Shown here piece after piece: positions 1 through 10,577 of a stretch of DNA of 64,000 nucleotides. The notes under the pieces were generated by a model. The model did no database searches. It was not told where the DNA came from and saw only the letters and a list, made by a program, of their open reading frames with translations. Source of the stretch: a virus (lineage: Duplodnaviria; Heunggongvirae; Uroviricota; Caudoviricetes); IMG/VR virus record IMGVR_UViG_2703718861_000013; one strand, given 5' to 3'. Position 1 is the first letter of the stretch; each line of letters starts with the position of its first letter. The position numbers were made by a program, and so were the translations under genes.

Positions 1-188
1 GATACGGGGTAAGCCGCCCGGATAATCCCGACAGTAATACGCTGGGGTTACGTAATGCCCTGGCAATTGCTGGCGCGAAAAATGGTATCCGTGAAGCCGA
101 ACAGGATCGCCAGATGAACATACTGACGGGGGCTTCTGCACCGGCAAGACAGAAACTGAGTGTTGGCGGACAACTGGTGGCAGCGTAA
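1..188 (+). CDS. 3' end of an upstream phage ORF (partial, C-terminus ...GGQLVAAA)
   Basis: Open frame entering from the left edge, stop at 186-188, followed by RBS of next gene. Confidence 0.3.
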   Translation, partial: YGVSRPDNPDSNTLGLRNALAIAGAKNGIREAEQDRQMNILTGASAPARQKLSVGGQLVAA

Positions 189-197
189 GGAGGAAAT

Positions 198-449
198 ATG
201 GGGTACGGCTTACTGGATATTGCGAATCAGTCACGGCGTGAGGCATTACAGGGAATAAGTGACGCAGACCGACGACGTGAAGAAATTGAGGCTGCGAACA
301 AACAGATGGCGGCGCAACAGAAAGCGCAGAACAAGCAGAATATCGGTACGGGCATTGGTACGGGGGCGGCTATTGGCGCATCCGTTGGTGGTCCTGTTGG
401 TGCTGTTGCTGGAGCAGTAATTGGCGGCATTGCTGGTTCTTTGTTTTAA
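198..449 (+). CDS. small phage protein with charged N-half and Gly/Ala-rich glycine-zipper-like hydrophobic C-terminus
   Basis: 83-aa ORF, AAGGAGG RBS just upstream; C-terminus GTGIGTGAAIGASVGGPVGAVAGAVIGGIAGSLF. Confidence 0.5.
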   Translation: MGYGLLDIANQSRREALQGISDADRRREEIEAANKQMAAQQKAQNKQNIGTGIGTGAAIGASVGGPVGAVAGAVIGGIAGSLF

Positions 450-459
450 GGAGTGGTGA

Positions 460-1725
460 ATGAGCGGATTTGCACAGGGGTTACTTGCCGGATTCAGCAC
501 GGTTGACCAGGCAATGACCCGTCGTAAGGAGCTTGGTCTGCGTGAAGCACAGCTTGCCCGGCAACAGAAAAATAACGAGCGCGATTTTGAGTTTGCGCAG
601 TCTCAGTTTGAACATAATAAAAACGTTGATCAGCGGAACTTTGATTACAGAGCCAAAGTTGACGACCGTAATTATGCACTGAAGGAAAGGGAGTTTAACG
701 CTAACCAGAATTACCGGAATGCGTCGCTGGGTATGGAGCAGCAGCGACTCCGGATGCAGAAATACAACCAGCGACGGCTTGAGTATAACGATATGCTGGC
801 GCGCGATCAGCCTGTGATGGCGGCGCTTGGAAAGGCTGTGGATGCTGGCGATCGGGATGCAGCAATGCGTCTTTACGGCCAGTTGTCAGAGGGTAATCCG
901 CTGAGGCTGATGGCGAATGATGGCTATGTAGCGAAAGCGGGTCAGGCCGTGAACAACCTGCAAAAAATCTTTGATGACAAGCCAGACAGGGCTATCGCTT
1001 CACTTAATACGCCGGAGAATCTTGATGTCCTTTCCGGGGTGTTTGGCCCGGAACTGCAACAGCGTATTGGCATGCCCGATTCAACCGGGAAAAAGACGAT
1101 AAAAGAGGCCAGGATTGGCAGTATAGTACCGGCACAGCAGGAAGGGTACATACTTATCGGCCTTGATCTCACATACAGTGATGGCTCTACAGCACATAAA
1201 CCTGTAACAGAATACGGCAGTGCGCACCCTGATGATCAAACCGTGCTGGCGATACCCGTTGATAAGGCTATCGCTCAGGTCAGGGATCGCAGCAAATTTG
1301 CAGAGATATCGAAAAATTATGGTTATTTTATGCCGAAGCAGCAGGGACTTTCTCTGAAAGAGCTTCAGAAGGGGGCCAGCAACGTCGCGGCGGACGCGAT
1401 CAAGAATGGCGGTAATGCACAGGCTGCGGTGGATGAATATTATGCTGCGACTGGTTCACAACCGCATCAACAGAAAATTCAGCAACAAAAACTTCAGCAA
1501 CAGGTTATCAACTGGGCGGGAGATGATCCTGATAAGCTGTCATTTGCCAGAAATGTAGCGGCCCGTCAGCCTGAAATGCTGGAGCCTCAGAATCAGAAAT
1601 TGCTGGAGAACGGGTATGCGAATTTTCTCCGTATTCAAAAGGCCAGGGGGGAACAGGCCAGAGATGAAAGTGCTTCATCTGCATCTCAGTTTATCCGTGG
1701 ACTGAAACAGAATTACGCCCAGTAA
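460..1725 (+). CDS. hypothetical phage protein, Q/N/R-rich, 421 aa
   Basis: ORF with AAGGAG RBS, tightly packed after previous gene; no catalytic motif recognised. Confidence 0.55.
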   Translation: MSGFAQGLLAGFSTVDQAMTRRKELGLREAQLARQQKNNERDFEFAQSQFEHNKNVDQRNFDYRAKVDDRNYALKEREFNANQNYRNASLGMEQQRLRMQKYNQRRLEYNDMLARDQPVMAALGKAVDAGDRDAAMRLYGQLSEGNPLRLMANDGYVAKAGQAVNNLQKIFDDKPDRAIASLNTPENLDVLSGVFGPELQQRIGMPDSTGKKTIKEARIGSIVPAQQEGYILIGLDLTYSDGSTAHKPVTEYGSAHPDDQTVLAIPVDKAIAQVRDRSKFAEISKNYGYFMPKQQGLSLKELQKGASNVAADAIKNGGNAQAAVDEYYAATGSQPHQQKIQQQKLQQQVINWAGDDPDKLSFARNVAARQPEMLEPQNQKLLENGYANFLRIQKARGEQARDESASSASQFIRGLKQNYAQ

Positions 1726-1757
1726 TTCACGATATTCCATTAATACCATTTCCTGAT

Positions 1758-1783
1758 GCCCGGCCATTGTGCCGGGTTTTTTT
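1758..1783 (+). terminator. GC hairpin plus T-tract (intrinsic terminator-like) between the 421-aa gene and the giant gene
   Basis: gcccggc-cattgt-gccggg followed by ttttttt. Confidence 0.4.
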
Positions 1784-1794
1784 ATGGAGTCTGT

Positions 1795-4700
1795 ATGGCC
1801 TATTCAGAGGAACAGCGTCCTGAGGCGCAACTCGGTAACCAGAATCGTAACAGCCTGAACATTCAGCAACCCGGCGAAACTGACAGCTATGAAGCATTTT
1901 TCTCTGATCCGAATCGCTGGAAGGATAACAGTACGTCGTTCAGCCTGGGCGATGTATTGCCAACAATGGGTAAAGGTTTCGCCCAGTCCGTCCGGGGAAC
2001 AGGGGAAATGGCCCGTGGACTCGGTGATGCGATGATTCAGAGCCCGGTAAAAACAGGGGCGCGTATTTTAAATGAGTTCAGCCGTATGGGGCTGCCGGGT
2101 GTCGCAACTGTGCAGGATATTTTTGCCGGTGGCAGCAGGGGGGCTGATGAGGTCATCGATACCCTGCCTGATGGCAAAAACGCGGTTACTGATACTGTCG
2201 GTAAAGGTCTGAAGGCAACCGGTAAGGCTGTCAGTGATGGTGCTGAAGCCACTGATGAATGGCTGACCGGTAAGATGTCGCCGGGTGCAGTTCGTGCGCT
2301 GAATACGCCGATGACCGAAGGCTATGATGATTCTGCGGTCTGGGTGGCGAAGGGTGTAAACCTGATTGGTGCGCTTGTACCTGATATGGTTGCTGGCGGT
2401 GTGGCTAAAAAGGTGGGTGATGTCACACTGCGAAAAATGCTGACCGCCGGGCTGGAGAAAAAATACATCGCGGCAGGGATGCAGCCGGAAAGAGCCACGG
2501 CACTGGCAGCAGAAGCTGTCGATAAAAAAATGCCGGATTTATTCCAGGCGGGCCTGATCACCCATTCCACAGCCAGTGCACAGGGGCAGAGTGCAATGGC
2601 GGCAGCAGATGCTGTTCTTAATGCGGATTACTCTGAGCTGGCGCAGTCACCGAAATTTCAGCAGACGTTTTTGTCCATTGACGCCGACCCGCAGCACGCA
2701 CAGCTTACTGATCGCCAGAAAATGGATCTGGCAAAAGAGCGTGTTGCCGATGAGGTGCGCGCGCAGCTGGCAACCGATCCTGAATTGCTGGCTGTGAATG
2801 CCATGGCGGCAAAACTGGGTGACGCACAACTGTTTAATCTGGTGACACGAGGCACAGCGAAGACCGTTAAAAGCGGCATTGTCAGAAATGCCACGGAACA
2901 GGGGGCGATTAATGCGGCGCAGGGCGGCTATTCACGCTATCAGGAAAACACGGCATTGCGTGAGACCGCCGGAATGGATGTGTCACCGTGGGAGGGCGTG
3001 GCTGACGCAACGATCGAAGGTGCAGCCTTTGGTGCTGCGATGGGGGCTCCATCCGGTGCGGTTGCCGGATATCGTGGCAGACGTCAGGCCGCAGAAGAAG
3101 CAGCCATGCGTGATGCTGAAACCGTGCAGCAGGACGACGCAGCCCCGCAACCAGAATCTGTTGATCCGGTGGCGCAGCATCGTGAATCCATGCAGGGGAT
3201 GAATCGCGAGCAGCTTCTGGAGCAGTATGCTGATGCGGATATGGCAACAGAGGGGGACGCATCCGCAGCTCATCGCCGGGAAGCTGCCAGCCAGTTGTTG
3301 AATGAACTGGACGAACAGGCGAAGCGACAGGCTGTGATGAATGAGCTGAAGGCGAAGCCGCGTTCTGAACTGCTTGAGGAATACCGCAGACTCAGCCAGA
3401 AAGAGGAGCGCACCGAGACTGAAGAACAACAGTTTCAGGCAATACGAGAAGTCATTCGCCCACAACAGGAAGTGACGCCGGAAGCACAGTCACAGCCTGA
3501 AAATGCGGAGGATGGTAACGGGAGCATTTACCCGACGGTGCGGTTCCGGGACCCGAATGAAGTCCGCATTGAAATTAACGGGAATGGTGCGTCCAGACCA
3601 GCGGAACGCATTGAAAAGGTGCGCCCGGACAACCGTTATTTCACGGATGAGAAAAGCGCCATGGGGAGTGATGTTTTCCGTAATGCCGCCGCCACCGGCC
3701 TGAAACCGTCCGTAGTGAAGAAAGGCGAGACTCAATATGCTGTTGAAATGGATAATCCTGCGTTCTCTGAAGATGTGGCAACGGAAACCATTAACACCCT
3801 GGCTGACGGAGAGCGTATTGCTGATGCTGACCCGATGGAGCAGCCCGCGTTCATGCGTGACCCACGATTCCGTGGTTTCACGGGGGATGATACGGAGGTA
3901 CAGGCCCGCCTTGCCCGTGGCAACGTGCCGACGGCAGAGGAGCTTGTACGTTCACAGATGGCTGAAGGTGATGCCGGTCCGACAGCACAGGAGTTAACTG
4001 AGCGTCCACGCCTGCCCGCTCCCGGCGATATTCATCCCGGACAGGGATATCCGTTACCGGGAGAGGTGGCGCGTACGCCGGATGAGAATCAGGCAGGACG
4101 TGGTGGTCGTTTTACCACAACCGGTGAGGTTAAGGGCCAGAGTTTCCAGAAAGGACAAGCTCTGGCACCGGAAAACGCCGCTGGTCGCCAGGGGGAAACA
4201 CTCGAGGGTGAAATGGTTCGTCGTGGTCTGCCGTCACCGGATGCGCAGAACGCGACAGCACCGGTACGTGAAGGGCTACCGGCTCCGGACATTACACACA
4301 ATGTCCGTATGCCTCAGCCTGATCAGCTTCCCCGAACTGTTCGTAACTCATTGCCTGAGCTCGCACAGCAGGCAGAAGTACGTCGACAGGCCGGAGGAAA
4401 TCGTGACATCCCGCAGCCTGAGACAATCGCACCTGAATCTGAAACAACAGTCGCTACTGACAGGGAAGCTACCGTGCGCGGAGGTGAAGTCAGGGGCAAA
4501 AAAATTGAAGACTTTGGTGAAGAAATTAAGGGCGCGGCAAAACACCGTTATGCACAGCTTGCTGAAACACTGGGTAAAACGCTGGAAGACAGGGATTATG
4601 TCACGCAACCGCTGAGCAAACTGTTCCCGAAACCGGACTACGCAAAACTGGCGAGCGAAGGGGCTGATGCTGACACCCTGGCAATGATAGCGCTGTATCG

Positions 4701-7700
4701 TAGCGATATTCCGGTGAAGACGAAACACAATACGGCAGGCTGGGGGGAGAGCGTAAAAAAAGTACGACACAGTGTATCGGAAATGCTGAACGGAACGGTC
4801 AGCGCGAAACGCCTCGCAGAATGGATGGAAGGCAGAATGCCCTCCCGTTACGCGGACACCTGGCAACTGTTACGCACTCTGCCACCCTCACAGATGGACA
4901 AGGCTTCTGCTTATCGGGTGGTATCGGGTGTGTATCAGGCGGCAGGAGGGAAGCGTTACGATCCGCCACAGAAACTTTATTCACTGCGCAATAAGGACAA
5001 TAAGGGGAGTAACCTCTTTTTCTCGGAAAGCAGGGATGAATTACTGGCAAAGGCGAAAGTCTGGTTTGCAGAGCAGGAGGAAAAATCACAGGCGAAAGGT
5101 GATGAAAAAACAGCACCGTCTCCGGATGACAAAATCCGCTTTGACGTTTACCGGAATACCCGCAGTGGCGATATTTTTATCGCTTACGGTAAAAACAAAA
5201 TGCGGGTGAGAGGTGGCTTTAAGTCAGCCAGTGATGCGCGTAAGTACATTGATTTACATCGTGATGAGCTTGTTCGTCATGTGAAGGAGATGCGGGAGAT
5301 TTCGCGTGAGGAGCAGCGCAACGCCACCAACCGCGACCGTACCGGACCAGAACGCCGCAAGGGGGATGTTTCACCGGAGCAGTTCAGTGATGCGTTTGGT
5401 TTTCGTGGTGTGCAGTTTGGTAATTATGTGGAAAGTCCGCGTCGTCAGGCTGATTTGAACCGGGCTTATGACTCGCTGCATGACCTGGCTGACGTGCTGA
5501 ATGTACCGACAAAAGCGCTTTCTCTGAACGGTCGTCTTGGGCTTGCTTTTGGTGCCCGTGGTAAGGGTAAGGCGGCGGCACACTATGAGTCAGGTGAGGT
5601 GGCAATCAACCTGACAAAAGGTAACGGACCGGGTGCGCTGGCGCACGAATGGTTCCATTCTCTGGATAATTATTTTGGTCGTTATGACGTTTCCAGTGAC
5701 GGGAAAATTACGTCAGGTGGCGACTTTATGACGGAAGCACAGCGTGTCAGGCGCATATTTAAAGACGGCAGGTATGTTGATGCTGAATATCCGGTACGTC
5801 AGGAGGTTTACGACGCTTTTAAAGGTGTGATTCAGGCCATTAAAAACAGTGACATGCCGCGTCGTTCAGCGCTTCTTGATGAGGTGCGCTCAAAACCGTA
5901 CTGGTCAACGGATGTTGAAATGGCGGCACGTGCCTTTGAGCGTTATGTTCAGGATAAGGCGCGTATGGCTGGCGTGGAGAATGATTATCTGGTCAATATC
6001 CGTAAGGCACCTGAGCACAACACAGATAACACCTACGCTTATCCGACGAATGCGGAACTGGATGGCGGTATTCGTGAGGCATTCGATCACCTGTTCCGCA
6101 CCCTGAAAACCCGTGAGACGGACAAGGGCGTTGCGTTTTATTCCCGTAAGGGCATGACCCGCACACCTGAAGGTAATCTCATTTCGGATGTTAACCGTAG
6201 TGCGGAAGCCAAAGGCAGCCCGGTCCCGCAGGTTGAAGCGGTTGCCCGTGGCGTGATGAGCGGCATTAAGGACAGTGACCTGACGGTCCGTGTGGTGAAG
6301 TCACAGAAAGAGGCTGAAGCGCTGGCGGGTGAATCGTTCGACGGTTACGGCAGGGTGCACGCATTCTATCGTCCGGATAAACGAGAAATTGTCCTGGTGG
6401 CGGATAACATCCCTGACGGGCAGACCGTACGCGAGAAGTTGCGTCACGAGATTATCCACCATGCCATGGAGCATGTTGTCACGCCAGCGGAATATCAGAC
6501 GATTATCAAAACCGTGCTGAAAACCCGCGACAGTGATAACGCCACCATCCGTGAAGCCTGGCGTAAGGTTGATGCGTCCTATGGTAAGGAATCACCGGAA
6601 GTACAGGCGGGTGAATTTCTGGCACATATGGCGGAGAAACAGCCGAATAAATTCGTGGCGGCATGGGAGCGTGTTGTTGCCCTGGTCAAAGGGGTACTGC
6701 GTCGTACGGGGTTACTGAAGCCGACGGAACTGAACGATATCAGACTTGTTCGCGAGACCATCCGTACGTTAGGCCAGCGTGTGCGGGAAGGTTACACGCC
6801 GCGTGAGGATGGCGTGGGCGCATCGTCTCAGTACTCCCGTAGTGGTAAGCCTGATCCGTTCAAAGTGCCGGAAGGTGAGGGTGAACGTTATCGCGATGAC
6901 CTTGCCAGAATGATGAAATCTCTGCGTACCACAGATTTAACGGTAAACATCGGGCGTACGCCGCCGGTATTGCGTCACCTTGGTGCACCGGATTTGCCGC
7001 TGGTTATTTCCCGCGATACTGTGCGGAAGGCCACCAATGGTGTGAAACATGTGGTGCCGATGGATGTTATCGAGAGACTACCGGAACTGATGCACGATCC
7101 GGATGCAATTTACCGCTCAGCGACAGAAAGAAATGCGGTTGTGATGCTGCTTGATGCCGTGGATAAAAATGGTGATCCGGTAGTGTCTGCGGTGCATATG
7201 AAGGCAACCCAAAAACTTCTGGAAGTTAACCGTATTGCTTCTGTTTACGGAACGGAAAACGGGAAAAAACTGAAGAGTATGGAAACGGCTGGCTTAACAT
7301 TATACAGGAGAGAAAAACTAAACCCTGATGGTTCTCTGTACAGAGGGCTCCAATTGCCCAAAGATGAGCACTCCCGTCAGGGTTCTGCGGATAAAATACT
7401 CTATCCTGAAGATATTCGCAAGGGGCCGTATTACTCCCGTACCAGCAGTCTGACACCGGAAGAGACAATTGCATCGCGTTTTGTGCGCCAGATGCAGGAT
7501 AAATTCCAGGTGCTGAAAGCTGTTCAGGAGAATATCCGTAAAACTGGTGGAAAAATAGACGACAGTAACAACGCTTATATGGCGGAAGAACTCTTCCACG
7601 GGAAGGCGGAAAACGACCTGAACGTGATGAAGGAGCGCTACGTTCAGCCACTGGCTAAATTACTGGCGGACTACAAAATTGCGCAGGCCGATCTGGATGA

Positions 7701-10176
7701 GTACCTCTACGCCCGTCACGCGCCGGAACGTAACGCGCATATCGCGAAAATCAACCCGAAAATGCCGGACGGCGGTTCGGGGATGACCAACGCGGAGGCG
7801 GCGGAAATCATGCAGCGTGTACGTAACAGCGGCAAACAGGCACAGTATGACCGTCTGGCAGGGATTGTTGACGATATGCTGGCCCGTCGCCGTGAGCTTA
7901 TCCGTGAGGCAGGACTGGAAGAGAGCGGCGTGGTGGATGCCTGGCAGAAAGCCTACCGTTACTACGTTCCCCTGAAAGGGCAGGATGTTGACGGTGTGGT
8001 GTCACTGCCACGTACAGGCAAGGGATTCACCATCGGCGGGCGTGAAAGTAAGCAGGCCATGGGGCGCGCATCCCGCGCACAGTCTCCTTCCACTCAGGCG
8101 ATACAGGATTTGAGCGAATCACTGATCCGCAATCGCAAAAATGAAGTGGGTAACGCCTTCCTGAAACTGGTACAGGATAATCCCGACAAGGATTACTGGC
8201 AGGTATTCACCGATGACAGACCGGATACCATGCGGACGATTGCAGAGCGCAAGGACAAGGAAACTGGTGAAACCATTCGCGAAGTTGTCGAACGCCCTGT
8301 ACCGATGGCAATGATGGCAGACCGGTACTTCACCACCAAAAAGAACGGCAAAACGTACTACATCAAACTCCATGATCCGCGCCTGATGCGTGCGATGAAG
8401 AATATGGGACCGGAAACCAGTAACGCCGTAATCCGCACGCTGGGGAAAGTTAACCGCTTCCTGGCAACGGTGAACACGTCGTATAACCCGGAATTCCTGG
8501 TCAGTAACTTCATCCGTGACGTACAGACGGCGGTGATGAACCTGAAGGCGGAGCAGGGAAGGAGCGACGGCAAACTGAAAGGGCTGGATAACTTATCCGC
8601 ACTGGCTGTGGTGAAAGACAGTCGGTCTGCCATGTCTGCCGTATACGCCAGTCTGCGTGGTAAAACCCTCACGGGCAACGGTGCGCAGTGGCAGAAGGTG
8701 TGGAAAGAGTTTGTTGAGGACGGAGGTAAAACCGGCTGGTTTAACATGGGTGACCTTGAAGGCCAGCAGAAGGAAATGGATCGCCTTGTATCGCTGGCGA
8801 AGGGAGGATGGAAAGGCCAGAGTATCGGTGCATGGAATTCGTTCCTTAACCTTGTCGAGGATGCCAACGGGGCGGTTGAAAACGCTCTGCGTCTTTCTGC
8901 CTATAAACACGCCCGTGATGCCGGTTTGTCACGCCAGCAGGCGGCGTCTCTTGCCAAAAACATGACGGTGAACTTTAACCGTCGTGGTGAGCAGGGGGCG
9001 CTGATGAACTCGCTGTACATGTTCGCCAACGCCAGTATTCAGGGAACGGCAAATCTGGTGAGAACGCTCGGACATCTTAATGGTGAGGGACCTTTACTGG
9101 AGCGCCTTCGCTGGAAGAATCTGAATGTTCCGCAGAAAATCGCGCTTGCCGCTGTGGGAGCGGGTTATCTGCTTGGCTCGCTTAACCGCAGCGTGGCGGG
9201 TGAGGATGATGACGGGGTTAACTGGTATGACAAAGTACCGTCTCATGTGAAAGAGCGTAACCTCGTCATTATGAAATCGGTGTTCGGGGGCAAGGCCGGA
9301 GAGTACTGGAGTATTCTTCTGCCTTACGGGTACAACGTTTTCTTCCTGCTTGGTCACACAGCCGAAGGGGTGGCAGCGGGCGACCTGACCGCTTCACGTG
9401 CTGCCGGTAATGTTGTTGGTGGTGTGCTTGGGGCATTCAGTCCTGTGGGCAGTGAAACGTCGGAAACACTGTCCGGGGCATTGCTGAAAAATGCAGCGCC
9501 GACCATTCTGCGTCCGTTTGCGAACCTTGCCATGAATGAAAACTTCATGGGGGCGCAGATTTACCAGGAGAACATGCCGTTTGGTACACCAAAACCTGAC
9601 AGCCAGCTGGGAAGACGTTCAACGCCAGAAGCGTACAAGGCGTTTGCATCCTGGCTGAATGCGTTCTCAGGTGGCAGCCAGTACCGTCCCGGCGCGGTGG
9701 ATATCACACCGGAATCGCTGAAATTCTGGATTGACTATATCTCCGGAGGGACAGGGCGCTTCATTTCCAAAACCACGGATGCGGCGGTGAAATCGCTGAA
9801 TGGTATTGATATACCGGAACAGCAGGTGCCCTTCCTGGGGAAAATTTCGGGGGAGGTGATGCCGTATGCAGACCAGCAGAAGATGTACGACCGGATGACA
9901 GAGATTGCGCAGTATCACGCAGAGCTGAAGAGTCTGACCGGTGCAGAAAGAACGGCGTTCATTGACGAGAACAACGGAAAATTGTCGATGAACGGGCTTA
10001 TGCAGGATACCCGGAAGAGACTGAAGGATTTGCGTAAACAGCGTGATGCCATTTATGCCGACAGTTCTCTCAGTCTGGCGCAGCAGGCGGCGATAGTGAA
10101 ATCGGTAGAGCGGGATATGAAGGTTGCCGTGGATCGCTTTAACCGCGAGTACAACAAAAAAGTGGGAGTGGATTAA
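1795..10176 (+). CDS. giant multidomain phage protein (~2793 aa) with two zincin-like HExxH motifs (HEWFH, HEIIHH); possible polyvalent or virion-delivered protein
   Basis: Single uninterrupted 8.4-kb ORF; start chosen at first ATG after the hairpin (MAYSEEQ...); motifs at nt ~5641-5660 and ~6440-6460; no Walker A or methyltransferase motif seen. Confidence 0.8.
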   Translation: MAYSEEQRPEAQLGNQNRNSLNIQQPGETDSYEAFFSDPNRWKDNSTSFSLGDVLPTMGKGFAQSVRGTGEMARGLGDAMIQSPVKTGARILNEFSRMGLPGVATVQDIFAGGSRGADEVIDTLPDGKNAVTDTVGKGLKATGKAVSDGAEATDEWLTGKMSPGAVRALNTPMTEGYDDSAVWVAKGVNLIGALVPDMVAGGVAKKVGDVTLRKMLTAGLEKKYIAAGMQPERATALAAEAVDKKMPDLFQAGLITHSTASAQGQSAMAAADAVLNADYSELAQSPKFQQTFLSIDADPQHAQLTDRQKMDLAKERVADEVRAQLATDPELLAVNAMAAKLGDAQLFNLVTRGTAKTVKSGIVRNATEQGAINAAQGGYSRYQENTALRETAGMDVSPWEGVADATIEGAAFGAAMGAPSGAVAGYRGRRQAAEEAAMRDAETVQQDDAAPQPESVDPVAQHRESMQGMNREQLLEQYADADMATEGDASAAHRREAASQLLNELDEQAKRQAVMNELKAKPRSELLEEYRRLSQKEERTETEEQQFQAIREVIRPQQEVTPEAQSQPENAEDGNGSIYPTVRFRDPNEVRIEINGNGASRPAERIEKVRPDNRYFTDEKSAMGSDVFRNAAATGLKPSVVKKGETQYAVEMDNPAFSEDVATETINTLADGERIADADPMEQPAFMRDPRFRGFTGDDTEVQARLARGNVPTAEELVRSQMAEGDAGPTAQELTERPRLPAPGDIHPGQGYPLPGEVARTPDENQAGRGGRFTTTGEVKGQSFQKGQALAPENAAGRQGETLEGEMVRRGLPSPDAQNATAPVREGLPAPDITHNVRMPQPDQLPRTVRNSLPELAQQAEVRRQAGGNRDIPQPETIAPESETTVATDREATVRGGEVRGKKIEDFGEEIKGAAKHRYAQLAETLGKTLEDRDYVTQPLSKLFPKPDYAKLASEGADADTLAMIALYRSDIPVKTKHNTAGWGESVKKVRHSVSEMLNGTVSAKRLAEWMEGRMPSRYADTWQLLRTLPPSQMDKASAYRVVSGVYQAAGGKRYDPPQKLYSLRNKDNKGSNLFFSESRDELLAKAKVWFAEQEEKSQAKGDEKTAPSPDDKIRFDVYRNTRSGDIFIAYGKNKMRVRGGFKSASDARKYIDLHRDELVRHVKEMREISREEQRNATNRDRTGPERRKGDVSPEQFSDAFGFRGVQFGNYVESPRRQADLNRAYDSLHDLADVLNVPTKALSLNGRLGLAFGARGKGKAAAHYESGEVAINLTKGNGPGALAHEWFHSLDNYFGRYDVSSDGKITSGGDFMTEAQRVRRIFKDGRYVDAEYPVRQEVYDAFKGVIQAIKNSDMPRRSALLDEVRSKPYWSTDVEMAARAFERYVQDKARMAGVENDYLVNIRKAPEHNTDNTYAYPTNAELDGGIREAFDHLFRTLKTRETDKGVAFYSRKGMTRTPEGNLISDVNRSAEAKGSPVPQVEAVARGVMSGIKDSDLTVRVVKSQKEAEALAGESFDGYGRVHAFYRPDKREIVLVADNIPDGQTVREKLRHEIIHHAMEHVVTPAEYQTIIKTVLKTRDSDNATIREAWRKVDASYGKESPEVQAGEFLAHMAEKQPNKFVAAWERVVALVKGVLRRTGLLKPTELNDIRLVRETIRTLGQRVREGYTPREDGVGASSQYSRSGKPDPFKVPEGEGERYRDDLARMMKSLRTTDLTVNIGRTPPVLRHLGAPDLPLVISRDTVRKATNGVKHVVPMDVIERLPELMHDPDAIYRSATERNAVVMLLDAVDKNGDPVVSAVHMKATQKLLEVNRIASVYGTENGKKLKSMETAGLTLYRREKLNPDGSLYRGLQLPKDEHSRQGSADKILYPEDIRKGPYYSRTSSLTPEETIASRFVRQMQDKFQVLKAVQENIRKTGGKIDDSNNAYMAEELFHGKAENDLNVMKERYVQPLAKLLADYKIAQADLDEYLYARHAPERNAHIAKINPKMPDGGSGMTNAEAAEIMQRVRNSGKQAQYDRLAGIVDDMLARRRELIREAGLEESGVVDAWQKAYRYYVPLKGQDVDGVVSLPRTGKGFTIGGRESKQAMGRASRAQSPSTQAIQDLSESLIRNRKNEVGNAFLKLVQDNPDKDYWQVFTDDRPDTMRTIAERKDKETGETIREVVERPVPMAMMADRYFTTKKNGKTYYIKLHDPRLMRAMKNMGPETSNAVIRTLGKVNRFLATVNTSYNPEFLVSNFIRDVQTAVMNLKAEQGRSDGKLKGLDNLSALAVVKDSRSAMSAVYASLRGKTLTGNGAQWQKVWKEFVEDGGKTGWFNMGDLEGQQKEMDRLVSLAKGGWKGQSIGAWNSFLNLVEDANGAVENALRLSAYKHARDAGLSRQQAASLAKNMTVNFNRRGEQGALMNSLYMFANASIQGTANLVRTLGHLNGEGPLLERLRWKNLNVPQKIALAAVGAGYLLGSLNRSVAGEDDDGVNWYDKVPSHVKERNLVIMKSVFGGKAGEYWSILLPYGYNVFFLLGHTAEGVAAGDLTASRAAGNVVGGVLGAFSPVGSETSETLSGALLKNAAPTILRPFANLAMNENFMGAQIYQENMPFGTPKPDSQLGRRSTPEAYKAFASWLNAFSGGSQYRPGAVDITPESLKFWIDYISGGTGRFISKTTDAAVKSLNGIDIPEQQVPFLGKISGEVMPYADQQKMYDRMTEIAQYHAELKSLTGAERTAFIDENNGKLSMNGLMQDTRKRLKDLRKQRDAIYADSSLSLAQQAAIVKSVERDMKVAVDRFNREYNKKVGVD

Positions 10177-10299
10177 CAGAAATGGCCCCGTACGGAAGTG
10201 CGGGGCTGATTAAGGAATAAACACACATTAACCTGTAATAACCGGAGCTATTAACATATAGTCAGAAAGAGTATTTCATGTGAGACAGAGAGCCGATTT

Positions 10300-10491
10300 A
10301 TGTTTAATGAAGAAAAAGTTGCGCAAATGGCAGCGTATTTGCTGAAAAAGCATGGCGGATCTATGCGTTTCATTAAGCTGATGAAGCTGATGTATCTCTC
10401 TGACCGCAAAGCAATGGAGTCTTTAACCGGGAAGGGGAGAGGTTTGAATGCTCCCCCACAATTCCCCGGCATCAAATCTCCATGCAGGTGA
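10300..10491 (+). pseudogene. short ORF resembling the N-terminus of a DUF4065/Panacea-domain protein, apparently truncated
   Basis: MFNEEKVAQMAAYLLKKHGGSMRFIKLMKLMYLSDRKAMESL... then low-complexity tail and stop after 63 codons. Confidence 0.3.
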
Positions 10492-10577
10492 ACTATTTTA
10501 CCCCCAGCGGCAAATCGCAAAAACAATCAGTGCGATCGAAATGGCAGCCACTACAATTGCAAATGCTTCAGGCTAGG

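Noticed and set aside
2037-9918. Numerous ORFs antisense or out of frame within the giant gene (e.g. 2983..3465, 4348..4866, 8358..8867)
   Set aside because: All are nested in the uninterrupted 8.4-kb frame and lack start contexts; treated as frame artefacts.
1795-10176. Giant ORF as DarB-like antirestriction protein, tape measure or RTX/adhesin
   Set aside because: No Walker A, helicase or methyltransferase motifs; no tandem repeats; the tape measure is identified elsewhere in the lambdoid prophage. The polyvalent-protein reading remains unverified.
10185-10206. Hairpin after the giant gene as an intrinsic terminator
   Set aside because: GC stem present but no following T-tract; kept only as a possible structure.
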